Source: an uncultured virus (IMG/VR IMGVR_UViG_2684623188_000002) | Lineage: Duplodnaviria > Heunggongvirae > Uroviricota > Caudoviricetes | Reading direction: 5' to 3' (one strand) | Virus record (IMG/VR): IMGVR_UViG_2684623188_000002 | DNA length: 64,000 nt | Shown here: piece after piece, positions 1 to 9,217 of the stretch | Numbering within the stretch: position 1 is the stretch's first letter | How the letters are laid out: each line of letters opens with the position of its first letter | Made by a program: the position numbers and the translations under genes | Notes under the pieces: model-generated | What the model saw: the letters and a program-made list of their open reading frames with translations, nothing else | Databases searched by the model: none | Told to the model about the DNA's origin: nothing

Positions 1-330
1 ATGTTAATCGCAGCAACCTTTCTCTTCTTGCAGGGATGCGAAAATAAAGAGGAACACATATTCCAACTGACTCGATGTGGTTTAGCTGCCGGTTTGGACG
101 TCCATTCCGATCCATCTGTGGTAACCCGATCTGCCGAAGCAGTGGGGCTGTACGGGCGAGAGCACGGAATCAAAATGAGTTTTGAAGAGATGACCGTTAT
201 CACAGACAAGATAACAAAAGAAATAATGGGTGCCCCTGAATCCCCAGTGCAAGAGTGGGATGATCGAGCAAAAAAAATCGCAGAGTCCGATTTTTGTAAA
301 AAGTACCTAAGCAGTTTGTATTCGAAATAG
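1..330 (+). CDS. Putative lipoprotein, possibly 5'-truncated by window edge
   Basis: ORF with hydrophobic N-terminus and lipobox-like FLQGC. Confidence 0.6.
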   Translation: MLIAATFLFLQGCENKEEHIFQLTRCGLAAGLDVHSDPSVVTRSAEAVGLYGREHGIKMSFEEMTVITDKITKEIMGAPESPVQEWDDRAKKIAESDFCKKYLSSLYSK

Positions 331-510
331 CTGCGCGGTCTTCCCGCTGCCTGCCAAAGCCCTTCACTGCGCCGATCCCCGATCCAGTCTCGCACCAACC
401 GTAAGCGTTGGAGTGCGGGGTGCGCGAACAGCCGTGCTGGCTGCAGTGTAAATTTTAGGCAATAAAAAAAACCGGCGCAGTAACCAGGTTTCTCTTAAAG
501 GCAGGACCAT

Positions 511-870
511 CTACTCGCGTTTTCTTGCCGCGATCTGCCAAATTTTCAACGACATCAAAGCCATTAATGCGCCAACCGTACCAGCGAATATACCAATCTG
601 AAGATATACCGAGGGGCCGAACTCGCACATGTTCGTTGGGGTAGCAAAACGAATAATGCAAGGTTCAGGAAACAACATTAGCCAAGCATGCGGTAGACAA
701 GTTATGCAAAAAAAACCGATAACAAAAAGCCCGCACAGCCACCAACCGGAAATGTTTTTAAGCTTTCTGTGGAGGATGCTCAAAGTAATGACCAAGGCAA
801 ACGACAAAAGCCCTGGCACAAGAAACGCGTCGAAAAATAATCGATGAAGCTGTTGGGTTGGCGTATCCAT
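511..870 (-). CDS. Hypothetical membrane protein
   Basis: 119-aa ORF, three hydrophobic segments, GAGG upstream. Confidence 0.6.
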   Translation of the reverse strand: MDTPTQQLHRLFFDAFLVPGLLSFALVITLSILHRKLKNISGWWLCGLFVIGFFCITCLPHAWLMLFPEPCIIRFATPTNMCEFGPSVYLQIGIFAGTVGALMALMSLKIWQIAARKRE

Positions 871-895
871 GTCACCTCAGCAAAAAAACCAGCAC

Positions 896-998
896 TAGCG
901 CTCTGAGCCTCGGCCATGAGGAGCGCTGGACCTCATACAGTGTGCCGATTCAAACCACCCGGGCACAGGGCTGTACGCCGCATATTGTAGATACCCGA
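896..998 (+). ncRNA. Putative structured RNA element, copy A
   Basis: Near-identical to 52101-52202; differences mostly in a loop or stem-preserving. Confidence 0.45.
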
Positions 999-1029
999 CA
1001 TTTTCTTGCAAGTAGCGATTGGCAGGCAG

Positions 1030-1236
1030 TTACAAACACGCAGGAAGCGATAGCGTGTCCGCCACCAACGTAAAGGGTAAGTCGAGAATAATGAACGGCC
1101 CAACTAAAGGCATCATCTCTTTGAACTCAAGCTCCGTTCCGTTAAAGCAGGCAATGGACCCGTGAGAATTTGCAACAAGCCAAGCGCAGCCGCTCAACTG
1201 TGAAAGGCTGAATATCAAAATGAGCTTCCGTAGCAC
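1030..1236 (-). CDS. YceK/YidQ-like small lipoprotein
   Basis: Lipobox LSGC; DLPFTLVADTLSLP motif shared with 20773-21042. Confidence 0.65.
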   Translation of the reverse strand: MLRKLILIFSLSQLSGCAWLVANSHGSIACFNGTELEFKEMMPLVGPFIILDLPFTLVADTLSLPACL

Positions 1237-1362
1237 GCAATTTCCTTATTACTTTTCCGTTGTGTTTCCCATAGATGCCATCGCGAAGAGTTAGTCACCC
1301 CCTCCCCGAATCTACCCGCATGCACTCCCCTCCGCGCCCAACGGCAACACGCGCGTGCGTGG

Positions 1363-2178
1363 TTGAGCGGGAGGGAGATCGAGGAAGGAACGCATCTAAA
1401 TTACAAGAGTGAGTTGAACCTGTACTGGATGCCGTACTTGGCGCTGACTCGCCTGAGTACGATCAGCACCGTGATGCTGCGGAAAATCATCGGAGAGATA
1501 AACTGGTCATCACCTGACGTAAAACTCAACGCAATGGTGCGGCTCAGTACGATTCTGGATGATGCCGTTCGGGAGGAGCTCATCGCGAAGAATCCCGCAG
1601 AACTTTTGGACACGCCGAAGCGCAAGAAGGGGGAGCCTGATCCATTCACCCTGGATGAGGCTAACCAGATAATCGCTCAGCTATACGACACAGCCCATTG
1701 GCCGAGCACGATCTACGCTGCATTTTTCGAATTCGCTTTCTTCACCGGCATGCGCCCGCAGGAGATCATTGCTCTACGCTGGGAATCCGTGGGACGGGTA
1801 TTGCACGCCCTGGAGTTCGCCGCTCAATACGCGGAGCGCCGGAAAGCTGGGAGTAGTTCAATCAAGCAGTTCCCCTACGTTTTCCCGCCCTCAAAGATGA
1901 GTCAGTACATCCGTCAGACCTCAGACCTGCACAAACAATGGGGGCCAACACTGAAGAAGCTGGCGACGCGTTATCGGCCGCCGTACAACTGCCGTCACAC
2001 TTATGCGACAATATGCACAATGTCTGGCATGAACCCCGCCTTTATAGCTCAACAGCTTGGACACAGCGTCCAGATGCTGCTCTCGACTTATGCGCGCTGG
2101 CTGAACTCTAGCGGCGACTGGGGAGAGATGGAAAAACTCCAAAATGCCCCAGGAATGGCCCAAGCGTCAGATGCGTAG
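1363..2178 (+). pseudogene. int: Tyrosine integrase remnant (N-terminus missing, apparent internal deletion)
   Basis: FFTGMRPQEIIAL box I, YNCRHTYAT and QLGHS..ML..TY box II; no arm-binding N-terminus; short between boxes. Confidence 0.8.
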
Positions 2179-2205
2179 CTCGCAACCCATTGATAGGTAA
2201 AGTAA

Positions 2206-2337
2206 TTGATCTCCACAGCAAATATCACGATGCAGTATGCATCGGGGTTTTCTGGTCGGTCATAAGTAGCAAATACAGGGGTTTCTCCCCCTCAAAGACA
2301 CAGTAAAACACACCAGTTGGTATCAAAATTGGTATCA
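2206..2337 (+). other. att-like junction: duplicated 5' end of an ABC-F ATPase gene plus arm-type repeats
   Basis: TTGATCTCCACAGCAAATATCACGATGCAG encodes MISTANITMQ (recalled YbiT-like N-terminus) then diverges; TTGGTATCA repeated at 2317 and 2329. Confidence 0.65.
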
Positions 2338-2449
2338 GCTGGTGAACCCTTCCCGGTGTCCTGCCAACCGAATGCCCCCCTCGTGAAATCGACATACACA
2401 AGATCCTGAGTCCCAAAATTTTGGGTAAATCTCTTTCCCGAAAGCAAAG

Positions 2450-2476
2450 AAAAGCCCGGCATTTCTGCCGGGCTTC
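2450..2476 (-). terminator. Intrinsic terminator after chitinase
   Basis: AAGCCCGGCA-TTTC-TGCCGGGCTT hairpin, U-tract on minus strand. Confidence 0.8.
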
Positions 2477-2486
2477 ACATACAGCT

Positions 2487-3953
2487 TTACGCGCGCCGCT
2501 GGATTGCGACCTTCGACCAAAGGGTAAATGCGACTGGTGGTGTCCAACCTGAGTTCGATGTGTGCTCTTGCAGGCACAAGTACTTATTGCCTTCGTAAGT
2601 CACACCATCTTCCTTGCGATACCGGTGGTTCAATTGCCACTCAGGGTATTCTGGATCGGAGATGTCTCCAGCGGTTCTAACGCTCAGGCGCTTGCTCGGA
2701 AGCGACTCTTTTCCGGAAGAATCTGTTGCCGTGACAAAGTAGCTGTACTGCGTGTTCGGCGTCAGACCCGAGTCTTTCAGCGTTAAAGCCGGTGTATGAC
2801 CTATTGCAGTCCCGTTTCGGTACAACGTGTACGTCTCGATCGGACGAGGACCGGCTGAGGCTCCCCAGCTCAAAGTCAGACTGATTTCGGTCACGTCCTT
2901 GGCGGACAGATTCGCCGGAGCTGTTGGCCGGTCACCAATACCTACCTCACCGTGAATCAACGGGGCGTAGCGATTGTAGAACTCCCAATCGTAGGGGACA
3001 TTGTGCGCGCTAACGCCATCGTCCCAGTTGATCGACCAGGTCATGAGCCCTTTGATGGGATGGCCGGCAGCATCGAGACGTTTGAAAGCATTGACCACCG
3101 CCGCGGGATCAATCACGTAGCCAGTAGCTGCGGCGTCAACGTTGGCCGGTAAGCCAATGACAAATTTATCCGAGGGAATGGCGATGTAATCCCGAGTGCC
3201 AGTTACCAGACTTTCGGTCAGATAGAAGAGGAAATCCTCTTTCATCTCGTCATTGTTCTGCGCAATCCAGGCACCCTGACCGCCATTGGCCTCCTGAACC
3301 CAGATCCCATCGCCACCCTGGTTGTAGTATTGAGGCGCGATGAAGTCGTAGTACCCCTCGAGCGCCTGAATGTAACCAACATACTTACCGCCAACCCTGA
3401 GGTAGGGAAACTCAGGCGCCATGCTGATGATGAAATGTTTCCCCTCGCCCTTGTAGTGATCCCTCACCAGTTTCAAGGCTGCAGGCAACACCGTCTTGTT
3501 GTCAGCAAAATCAATGGCGCTTTGCTCGAGGTCGATATCAAGCCCATCGAAACCGTAGACCTCAACCAAGCGAATGATTTCATTCGCCAGTGGATGCTCA
3601 TCCCCTTTGTGCAGCTCGATATGAGCGTCGGCACCGCCCAACGAGATCAACACAGCCCTTCCCTGGCTGTTCAGTACACCTACCTGGCGGCGGAACTCGT
3701 CGTCGGAGAGGTTATAGGGTTTGAAGGTAGGAATGCCCTGGCCTTTCATGAAAGCCACAGCAACAACGTTGTAGTCCTTGGGTACATCCACCAGATCTAT
3801 ATTGGCGAACTGCCCACCTTGATAGCCGTCACTGTGGCCGGCCGGCCAGTTATGCCAGAAACCCATCAGGATTTTTTTATTGGCAATGCTCGGCATCAAA
3901 GATGCGGAGTCACTTACTTTAGATTTCAGCAATGAAAAATTGATTTTAGACAT
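2487..3953 (-). CDS. chiC: GH18 chitinase with FnIII and C-terminal chitin-binding module (ChiC-like)
   Basis: SLGG and FDGLDIDLE catalytic motifs, FnIII (PTAPANL..LSW..YSYFVTA), aromatic CBM; no signal peptide. Confidence 0.93.
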   Translation of the reverse strand: MSKINFSLLKSKVSDSASLMPSIANKKILMGFWHNWPAGHSDGYQGGQFANIDLVDVPKDYNVVAVAFMKGQGIPTFKPYNLSDDEFRRQVGVLNSQGRAVLISLGGADAHIELHKGDEHPLANEIIRLVEVYGFDGLDIDLEQSAIDFADNKTVLPAALKLVRDHYKGEGKHFIISMAPEFPYLRVGGKYVGYIQALEGYYDFIAPQYYNQGGDGIWVQEANGGQGAWIAQNNDEMKEDFLFYLTESLVTGTRDYIAIPSDKFVIGLPANVDAAATGYVIDPAAVVNAFKRLDAAGHPIKGLMTWSINWDDGVSAHNVPYDWEFYNRYAPLIHGEVGIGDRPTAPANLSAKDVTEISLTLSWGASAGPRPIETYTLYRNGTAIGHTPALTLKDSGLTPNTQYSYFVTATDSSGKESLPSKRLSVRTAGDISDPEYPEWQLNHRYRKEDGVTYEGNKYLCLQEHTSNSGWTPPVAFTLWSKVAIQRRA

Positions 3954-4000
3954 TGTTCTATTCCTTCAGAACTGTGCTGGGAGCCATACTTGGCCCGGAG

Positions 4001-4636
4001 TTATTTAAAATTCACGTCAAATGCCTGATAAAACGCATTACCGGTATCTGCAACCACCCAAAGCAAGACAATGACATGATGACCTTGCTTACCCTGCGGC
4101 AGCTTTACTTCATGCTCAATTTTCGCTTTCAATTCGGCGGTATGCTCGTAGAACGGAACTTGAGTATAAAAATCATCATGGAAGGGTTTTGGTTCAAGCT
4201 GAGCACGACTAATACGTTTCTTCGGATCCCAGCCATCCTTGGTAATAAACCAGCTGTAACCCCGAGTCACATGAGGCATGGTGTATACCCATTTGACATG
4301 AAACGTCTGGCCTGGAACGACATCCAACAGTGGCCAAGCAAATGGGCGATTTAGCTTATCGCTCATTTCCTCGTTGGTGAAGTTAACGCAGTCGCGAGCA
4401 TCGGTTCTGCCACCGCTGAGAATATAACCATCGGCCGGTGGAACCTGGCTTGCGCTATCAGTTTCATAAGGTCTAGGGAATGGACCAGCCGTTAACGATG
4501 GAAAGTTCTTTCCGCCTTCCATTTCATTAGCTTGCCAGTCAAGGATAAGCCCTTCCTCTGTGGCAATAGCAGAACGACTAGGAGGGGAAACTACACGACC
4601 ATGTTTCAGCTGAGGCTTGGCTTCTGGCTTATTCAT
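4001..4636 (-). CDS. AA10 lytic polysaccharide monooxygenase / chitin-binding protein
   Basis: HGRVVSPPSR, PHVTRGYSWFITK, NAFYQAFDV motifs; ATG at 4636 with AAGGAG. Confidence 0.9.
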   Translation of the reverse strand: MNKPEAKPQLKHGRVVSPPSRSAIATEEGLILDWQANEMEGGKNFPSLTAGPFPRPYETDSASQVPPADGYILSGGRTDARDCVNFTNEEMSDKLNRPFAWPLLDVVPGQTFHVKWVYTMPHVTRGYSWFITKDGWDPKKRISRAQLEPKPFHDDFYTQVPFYEHTAELKAKIEHEVKLPQGKQGHHVIVLLWVVADTGNAFYQAFDVNFK

Positions 4637-5169
4637 TACAATCACTCCTTTGATTAATTGATCTCCCCCTAGAGGAGAGCTCTTAGGCTAGCGCAACGTC
4701 TTAGATTGTCCACCACAAAAAACGAATACGATTACAAAAGCAAAAAAACACAAATTAACCAAGCCTTCCAAACGCCCGCCGCGTCGCCTCCTCCGCCCGA
4801 AACACTGGGAAGATGACCATGTATTCCTAGCCGAGACTAACAAACACAACCACTCCTACTAAAAACATTTTGAAACATTCACGCTCATAAATTTCAACTG
4901 GCGCTTGAGCCTGTCGAACCGCCCCACTCCAGAGAGACAGGCATGTAGTACACCCTGCCATAATCTGCCACCATCAAACCTGGCAACCATCTATAACCAT
5001 TCGAAATATAAACCTAGAAGCAACATAACCTTAATTCGCAAACTAGAGGCATGGACAGCATGAAAATGTCGGCTAAGGTGAGATAACTCCCAATGAGGCA
5101 TGCATTTCAACGCCATTTGGGCGAGAAGATCTCAGGACATTTGCGCAAAGAATAGGCGCACAATCTTTC

Positions 5170-5181
5170 TGCAAGGATGCA
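5170..5181 (+). promoter_or_regulatory. Putative CsrA/RsmA-binding hairpin over the SD of the oxidase
   Basis: TGCA-AGGA-TGCA, matches CANGGANG. Confidence 0.5.
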
Positions 5182-5188
5182 TACGACT

Positions 5189-6877
5189 ATGAAAACAACA
5201 AAGGGTAGTTCGGGCTTCATTACAATAACTGAAGATAGCAAGACATTTTCGACCCTACAAAAAGGGTTCAATCTCCGCTGGCCTCCAAGCGCCGAAACGG
5301 GTGCTAAGCGAATCTATGTATGCAAAACACCAGAGGAAGTGCTGGACGCTGCGAATGAAGCGCTATCGCAAGACTTTCGGATCACCGTAAGGAGCGGAGC
5401 GCACTGCTATGAAGGCTTTGTATCAAACAAGTTAAACAATGAAAACCTTGCAATTATTGACGTAGGTGAACTCAGAGGTTTTTCTCATAATGCTGACGGT
5501 GAGATTCAGCCGTTGTATGAGCATGACAGTAACAGACCTACACATTATAAATACGCCGCCTTCACAGGTAATCAGAACTGGGACGGCTATGTGGCAATGT
5601 ACAAACAAAGTGGCAAGACAATACCTGGCGGCTCATGTTACTCCGTGGGGGTCGGAGGTCACATTAGCGGCGGTGGATACGGCTTACTGTCCCGTCTTCA
5701 GGGTTTGACTGTCGACTGGGTGAGTGGAGTGGATATATTAATCCCCGATCCAGCCAATACCGGAAAAATGTTGATTCCTATCCACGTTAGCCCAAACTCA
5801 AGACTTAAAATACATCGCGAGCTTTTCAAGGCTTGCTGCGGTGCGGGTGGCGGCAATTTCGGCATAATTATTCGATACTACTTCAACGATCTACCCGAGG
5901 CCCCACAAAAAGCCTACTGGACAACCCTCTCTTGGGAGTGGTCGGACTTCGATAAAGTCAGCTTTAGAAAATTCTTGCGTGGCTATTACGCCTGGTTCGC
6001 CAAAAATGACTCAGACGCAACCTCCAATATTTTGTCAAAAGCAAACGGTGGTCTCTTCACCCTGCTGAAACTGAATCACATCGACTCCAATCCGAAAGTC
6101 ATTCTAGCCATCCAATACACAGGACGTGACGGCATGGTGGGTGATCATGAGCGAGATGCACCGTTTAACGACTTTCTCGCGGCTATAAACAGCGCAGCAC
6201 CAGGTCACGGCAAGCTGTATGACGGTTTCGTATTACCAAACATCGCGCCAAGACCTCACAGCATGGCTGGCAGCACTATCACCAAAGCTTCGCCAGGGCT
6301 TCTCATGGACTGGTTCTACATCACTCAGATGATTAATACATCAGGCAACAACCAAAGGGGCAAATACAAATCTGCCTACCAAGTAGATAATTTCACCGAT
6401 GCTGAGTGCGACGCCTTTTACGACAACCTCAGCGTCCGATCTAAAGATGGGACCTTCAGTCAATCGCTTGTTCAAATTGACTCTTATGGTGGAAAGATCA
6501 ATAGCCTTGGCCAAGGGGATACTGCCGTACCGCAGCGCAAATCCCTACTGAAGTCTCAGTACCAAACGTACTGGACCGACCCTGCACAAGATGACGTTCA
6601 ACTCGCATGGATCAGTAAAATTTACGAAGACGTCTACGCAAATCAACCTAACAAACGACCCGGCGTCGATGATAGATATGAAGGCTGTTACATCAACTAT
6701 CCAGATGTAGACATGTTATTAGTAAACGGCGTACCCAATGACAGTTGGCTCGAGCTGTACTACGGAAATACAGGGCTGGTAGAGGAACTAATTCTCTTGA
6801 AAAACCAGGTAGACCCTAAAAATCTCTTCAGACACCAGATGTCGATTCCACTAGTACGAGACAAGAAAAGACAGTAG
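5189..6877 (+). CDS. BBE-family FAD-linked oxidase (hexose/oligosaccharide oxidase-like)
   Basis: RSGAHCYEGF, GGSCYSVGVGGHISGGGYG, GAGGGNFGI, YINYPD, VDPKNLF. Confidence 0.88.
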   Translation: MKTTKGSSGFITITEDSKTFSTLQKGFNLRWPPSAETGAKRIYVCKTPEEVLDAANEALSQDFRITVRSGAHCYEGFVSNKLNNENLAIIDVGELRGFSHNADGEIQPLYEHDSNRPTHYKYAAFTGNQNWDGYVAMYKQSGKTIPGGSCYSVGVGGHISGGGYGLLSRLQGLTVDWVSGVDILIPDPANTGKMLIPIHVSPNSRLKIHRELFKACCGAGGGNFGIIIRYYFNDLPEAPQKAYWTTLSWEWSDFDKVSFRKFLRGYYAWFAKNDSDATSNILSKANGGLFTLLKLNHIDSNPKVILAIQYTGRDGMVGDHERDAPFNDFLAAINSAAPGHGKLYDGFVLPNIAPRPHSMAGSTITKASPGLLMDWFYITQMINTSGNNQRGKYKSAYQVDNFTDAECDAFYDNLSVRSKDGTFSQSLVQIDSYGGKINSLGQGDTAVPQRKSLLKSQYQTYWTDPAQDDVQLAWISKIYEDVYANQPNKRPGVDDRYEGCYINYPDVDMLLVNGVPNDSWLELYYGNTGLVEELILLKNQVDPKNLFRHQMSIPLVRDKKRQ

Positions 6878-7015
6878 GGAGCACGCCCTCCAGCTGCGCG
6901 CACTGCTTCGGCAGTGCGTGGTTGCTCAAACATCATTATCCTGCCTGCCGACCAACTCCCTCACGTCCCCTCAGACCTCATGCTGCTACGCTGTAACCTC
7001 CACGGAGGAATTGCG

Positions 7016-7225
7016 ATGCCAAACTCAGACCTGCTCCCTTCCCTGCTCTGCAGACTCAACGAAAACCAGCTCGCCCTAGAGGCCGCCATCATGGAGCTTT
7101 CAAACTGGGTGGAGGTGCGAGGCTCAGCCGACGTTGCTGGCAACGTGCGCGGTGCCTTAGAAGCAATCGACCGGAACGAGGAGTTCATCAAGATGACGCT
7201 CGCGATGATGATGGCACCCGAGTGA
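7016..7225 (+). CDS. Small helical hypothetical protein, paralogue of 51468-51683
   Basis: ENQLALEAAIMEL..WVE.RGSADV..NVRGAL shared; GGAGG SD. Confidence 0.75.
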   Translation: MPNSDLLPSLLCRLNENQLALEAAIMELSNWVEVRGSADVAGNVRGALEAIDRNEEFIKMTLAMMMAPE

Positions 7226-7345
7226 CGGCCATCGGCCAAAAGCTACCTGTCAAGATTTTATGCCTGTAGCCGATATAGCGGGAAGAAAATTAAAAATAAT
7301 CCTGCTGGTTTTTCCGTCACACAGCATTCATTCGAAAGGATAGCA

Positions 7346-8428
7346 ATGAATAACATAGCAAAGAGTTTAGTCCTATCAGTTTTTTTGGCCGGGTTATCCG
7401 GCTACTCTCTCATCGCCTTAGCCGCGAATGATGGCGTATTTAAATCCAAACGCGCAGACATTAATACTCAGAAAAGTTATGGCCTCCTATTAGAACAGCT
7501 TAAATCTGTTGAAATATGGGAGTCTCTCGGTTCTGCTAGAGATGGAGGAGTCGCTAAATCTCTACTAGCTTACCAAAAATTAAGCGAAATCTATTCGCCA
7601 CTGATTGTCGAAAACGGTGAGCCCGTCGTCCCCACATATACCGTCGACTCTCTTAATTTAAAAGATATAGATGGATTTCGTGCATTCGCATCGCGAGTGC
7701 AATATGACAAAAAATTTACTCCAAATGAAAACACATGCTCTGCGGCTATGACCTTTGTATTTCCACGCCAGATCGCAGACCTCTTGAGTGACACAAGGCC
7801 AACATACGTATATGGCATACGCCAGTCCAATGATATCCTGGAGAAACTCAGATCAAAACGGATAGAACAGGGAGTTACTGACCTTTATTATCTTAAATCA
7901 TTGTGCGCCAATCAAAAAGATATAAATTACTACAATGGCTATATAAATTTTTTTACGAACTTGCAAACTGACATCAAGATCATTTTGCCGATAGTAGACC
8001 AAAACTACTTAGCTAGCGTAGCCAAACAACAATCCTTACCTCAACCAAAGACACGTCCCCCTCGTCCGTTTGATCTACCAAAAGCGATGAAATTCGCTTC
8101 GTGTTCTGCTCTCTTTACGTCATTCAATCAAGTTATTCAGTCGCACGGACAACCCGGAAACCCAGCCGTAACCGATGGAGGGATAGACATGGCTATCGCC
8201 AGCGTAGTGTATTCCAATGTTGACTATCTCCTAAACAATACGCAGCCATGGGTAGATAAATACACCACTGAAATCAGCGCTAACCTCGTAAATGTCGAGG
8301 CCATGTTTAGACCTATGGCAGAAGGCTGTGTTGCTACGTACAGAGCGAATTTGACGGAAATCAATATGTATGGTGATGAGGCGAAGGTTGAGTTCTACAC
8401 AAAGGCCAAAGCCCTGACTAACCAATAA
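7346..8428 (+). CDS. Secreted hypothetical protein, paralogue of 19627-20646
   Basis: Signal-like N-terminus, AT-rich, shared N-terminal domain. Confidence 0.75.
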   Translation: MNNIAKSLVLSVFLAGLSGYSLIALAANDGVFKSKRADINTQKSYGLLLEQLKSVEIWESLGSARDGGVAKSLLAYQKLSEIYSPLIVENGEPVVPTYTVDSLNLKDIDGFRAFASRVQYDKKFTPNENTCSAAMTFVFPRQIADLLSDTRPTYVYGIRQSNDILEKLRSKRIEQGVTDLYYLKSLCANQKDINYYNGYINFFTNLQTDIKIILPIVDQNYLASVAKQQSLPQPKTRPPRPFDLPKAMKFASCSALFTSFNQVIQSHGQPGNPAVTDGGIDMAIASVVYSNVDYLLNNTQPWVDKYTTEISANLVNVEAMFRPMAEGCVATYRANLTEINMYGDEAKVEFYTKAKALTNQ

Positions 8429-8758
8429 GTTGGTCATTGACGCACTATGTGATTCTCAGTCTTCGTCTGAAAAGTATGGATGATTTTGCACGGAGGGGGG
8501 GGGTGTCAAATTTGGCCTCCTCTGCCTTATTAGACCAATAAATTGTTAACTAGGACACGCTCAGTTAATACTTACTACCGTTGCAGAGTCGCCTGAAAAC
8601 GGTAAAAAGCAACCGCCAGCAGATCGCATAACCAACTGGACTTCCAGCATCGCCCCCTTCGAAAGATTGTATCCAGTATTGGGATCTTCAAATCGCACCA
8701 ACCGAAGCGACCGCAATGGCAAACGGGCCTGGCCATCGAGAACGGCAAATTTAGGTTT

Positions 8759-8841
8759 GTCCGTTTCTGGCCGTATTATGCCTTTGGCCCACGGCAGCTT
8801 TGGGTCGATTGCAGCCCTTTATATCTGACTGCAATCGGCCA
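8759..8841. repeat. Three degenerate 15-bp units at 34-bp period
   Basis: GTCCGTTTCTGGCCG (8759), GGCAGCTTTGGGTCG (8793), GACTGCAATCGGCCA (8827). Confidence 0.4.
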
Positions 8842-9001
8842 ATAGGTGATTTAAGGAACCGCCATGTCAAGGCGCCCCTTAGACCTGCACAAGCTGTTGA
8901 TAACAAAGGAATATTGTCGTTTTTGACGAGATGCAAAACAGACAAATCACCCTATAAGAAAGAATCAATAACTTAGCGTTGTATATTCCTGCAGTAGTTG
9001 A

Positions 9002-9217
9002 TCAATTCTGCGCGTTGATTGCCTTACTCACCGTTTCAGCAGATTTGGGCTTTCCTTCCTCATCTTTCTTGCAGGTTTCAGACTTCTCCCCGCTGTAGCC
9101 ATCGCATATGGCGATAGTGGCAACGGCATTATCCTTGTGCGCAATGGCGTCTACCACCAACCATCCCCCCCAAACCACCAACGAAATCAAGCACACCAGA
9201 CCCAAAAACTTCAACAT
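9002..9217 (-). CDS. Small membrane-anchored hypothetical protein
   Basis: N-terminal TM, Cys pair, GGAGG SD. Confidence 0.6.
   Translation of the reverse strand: MLKFLGLVCLISLVVWGGWLVVDAIAHKDNAVATIAICDGYSGEKSETCKKDEEGKPKSAETVSKAINAQN

Larger units (their letters stand above)
1..2236. mobile_element. Degraded prophage remnant (left part outside window)
   Basis: Integrase pseudogene, ends at att-like junction, shares a 103-nt and a 19-nt non-coding block with the PL operon of the main prophage (52101, 54358). Confidence 0.7.
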
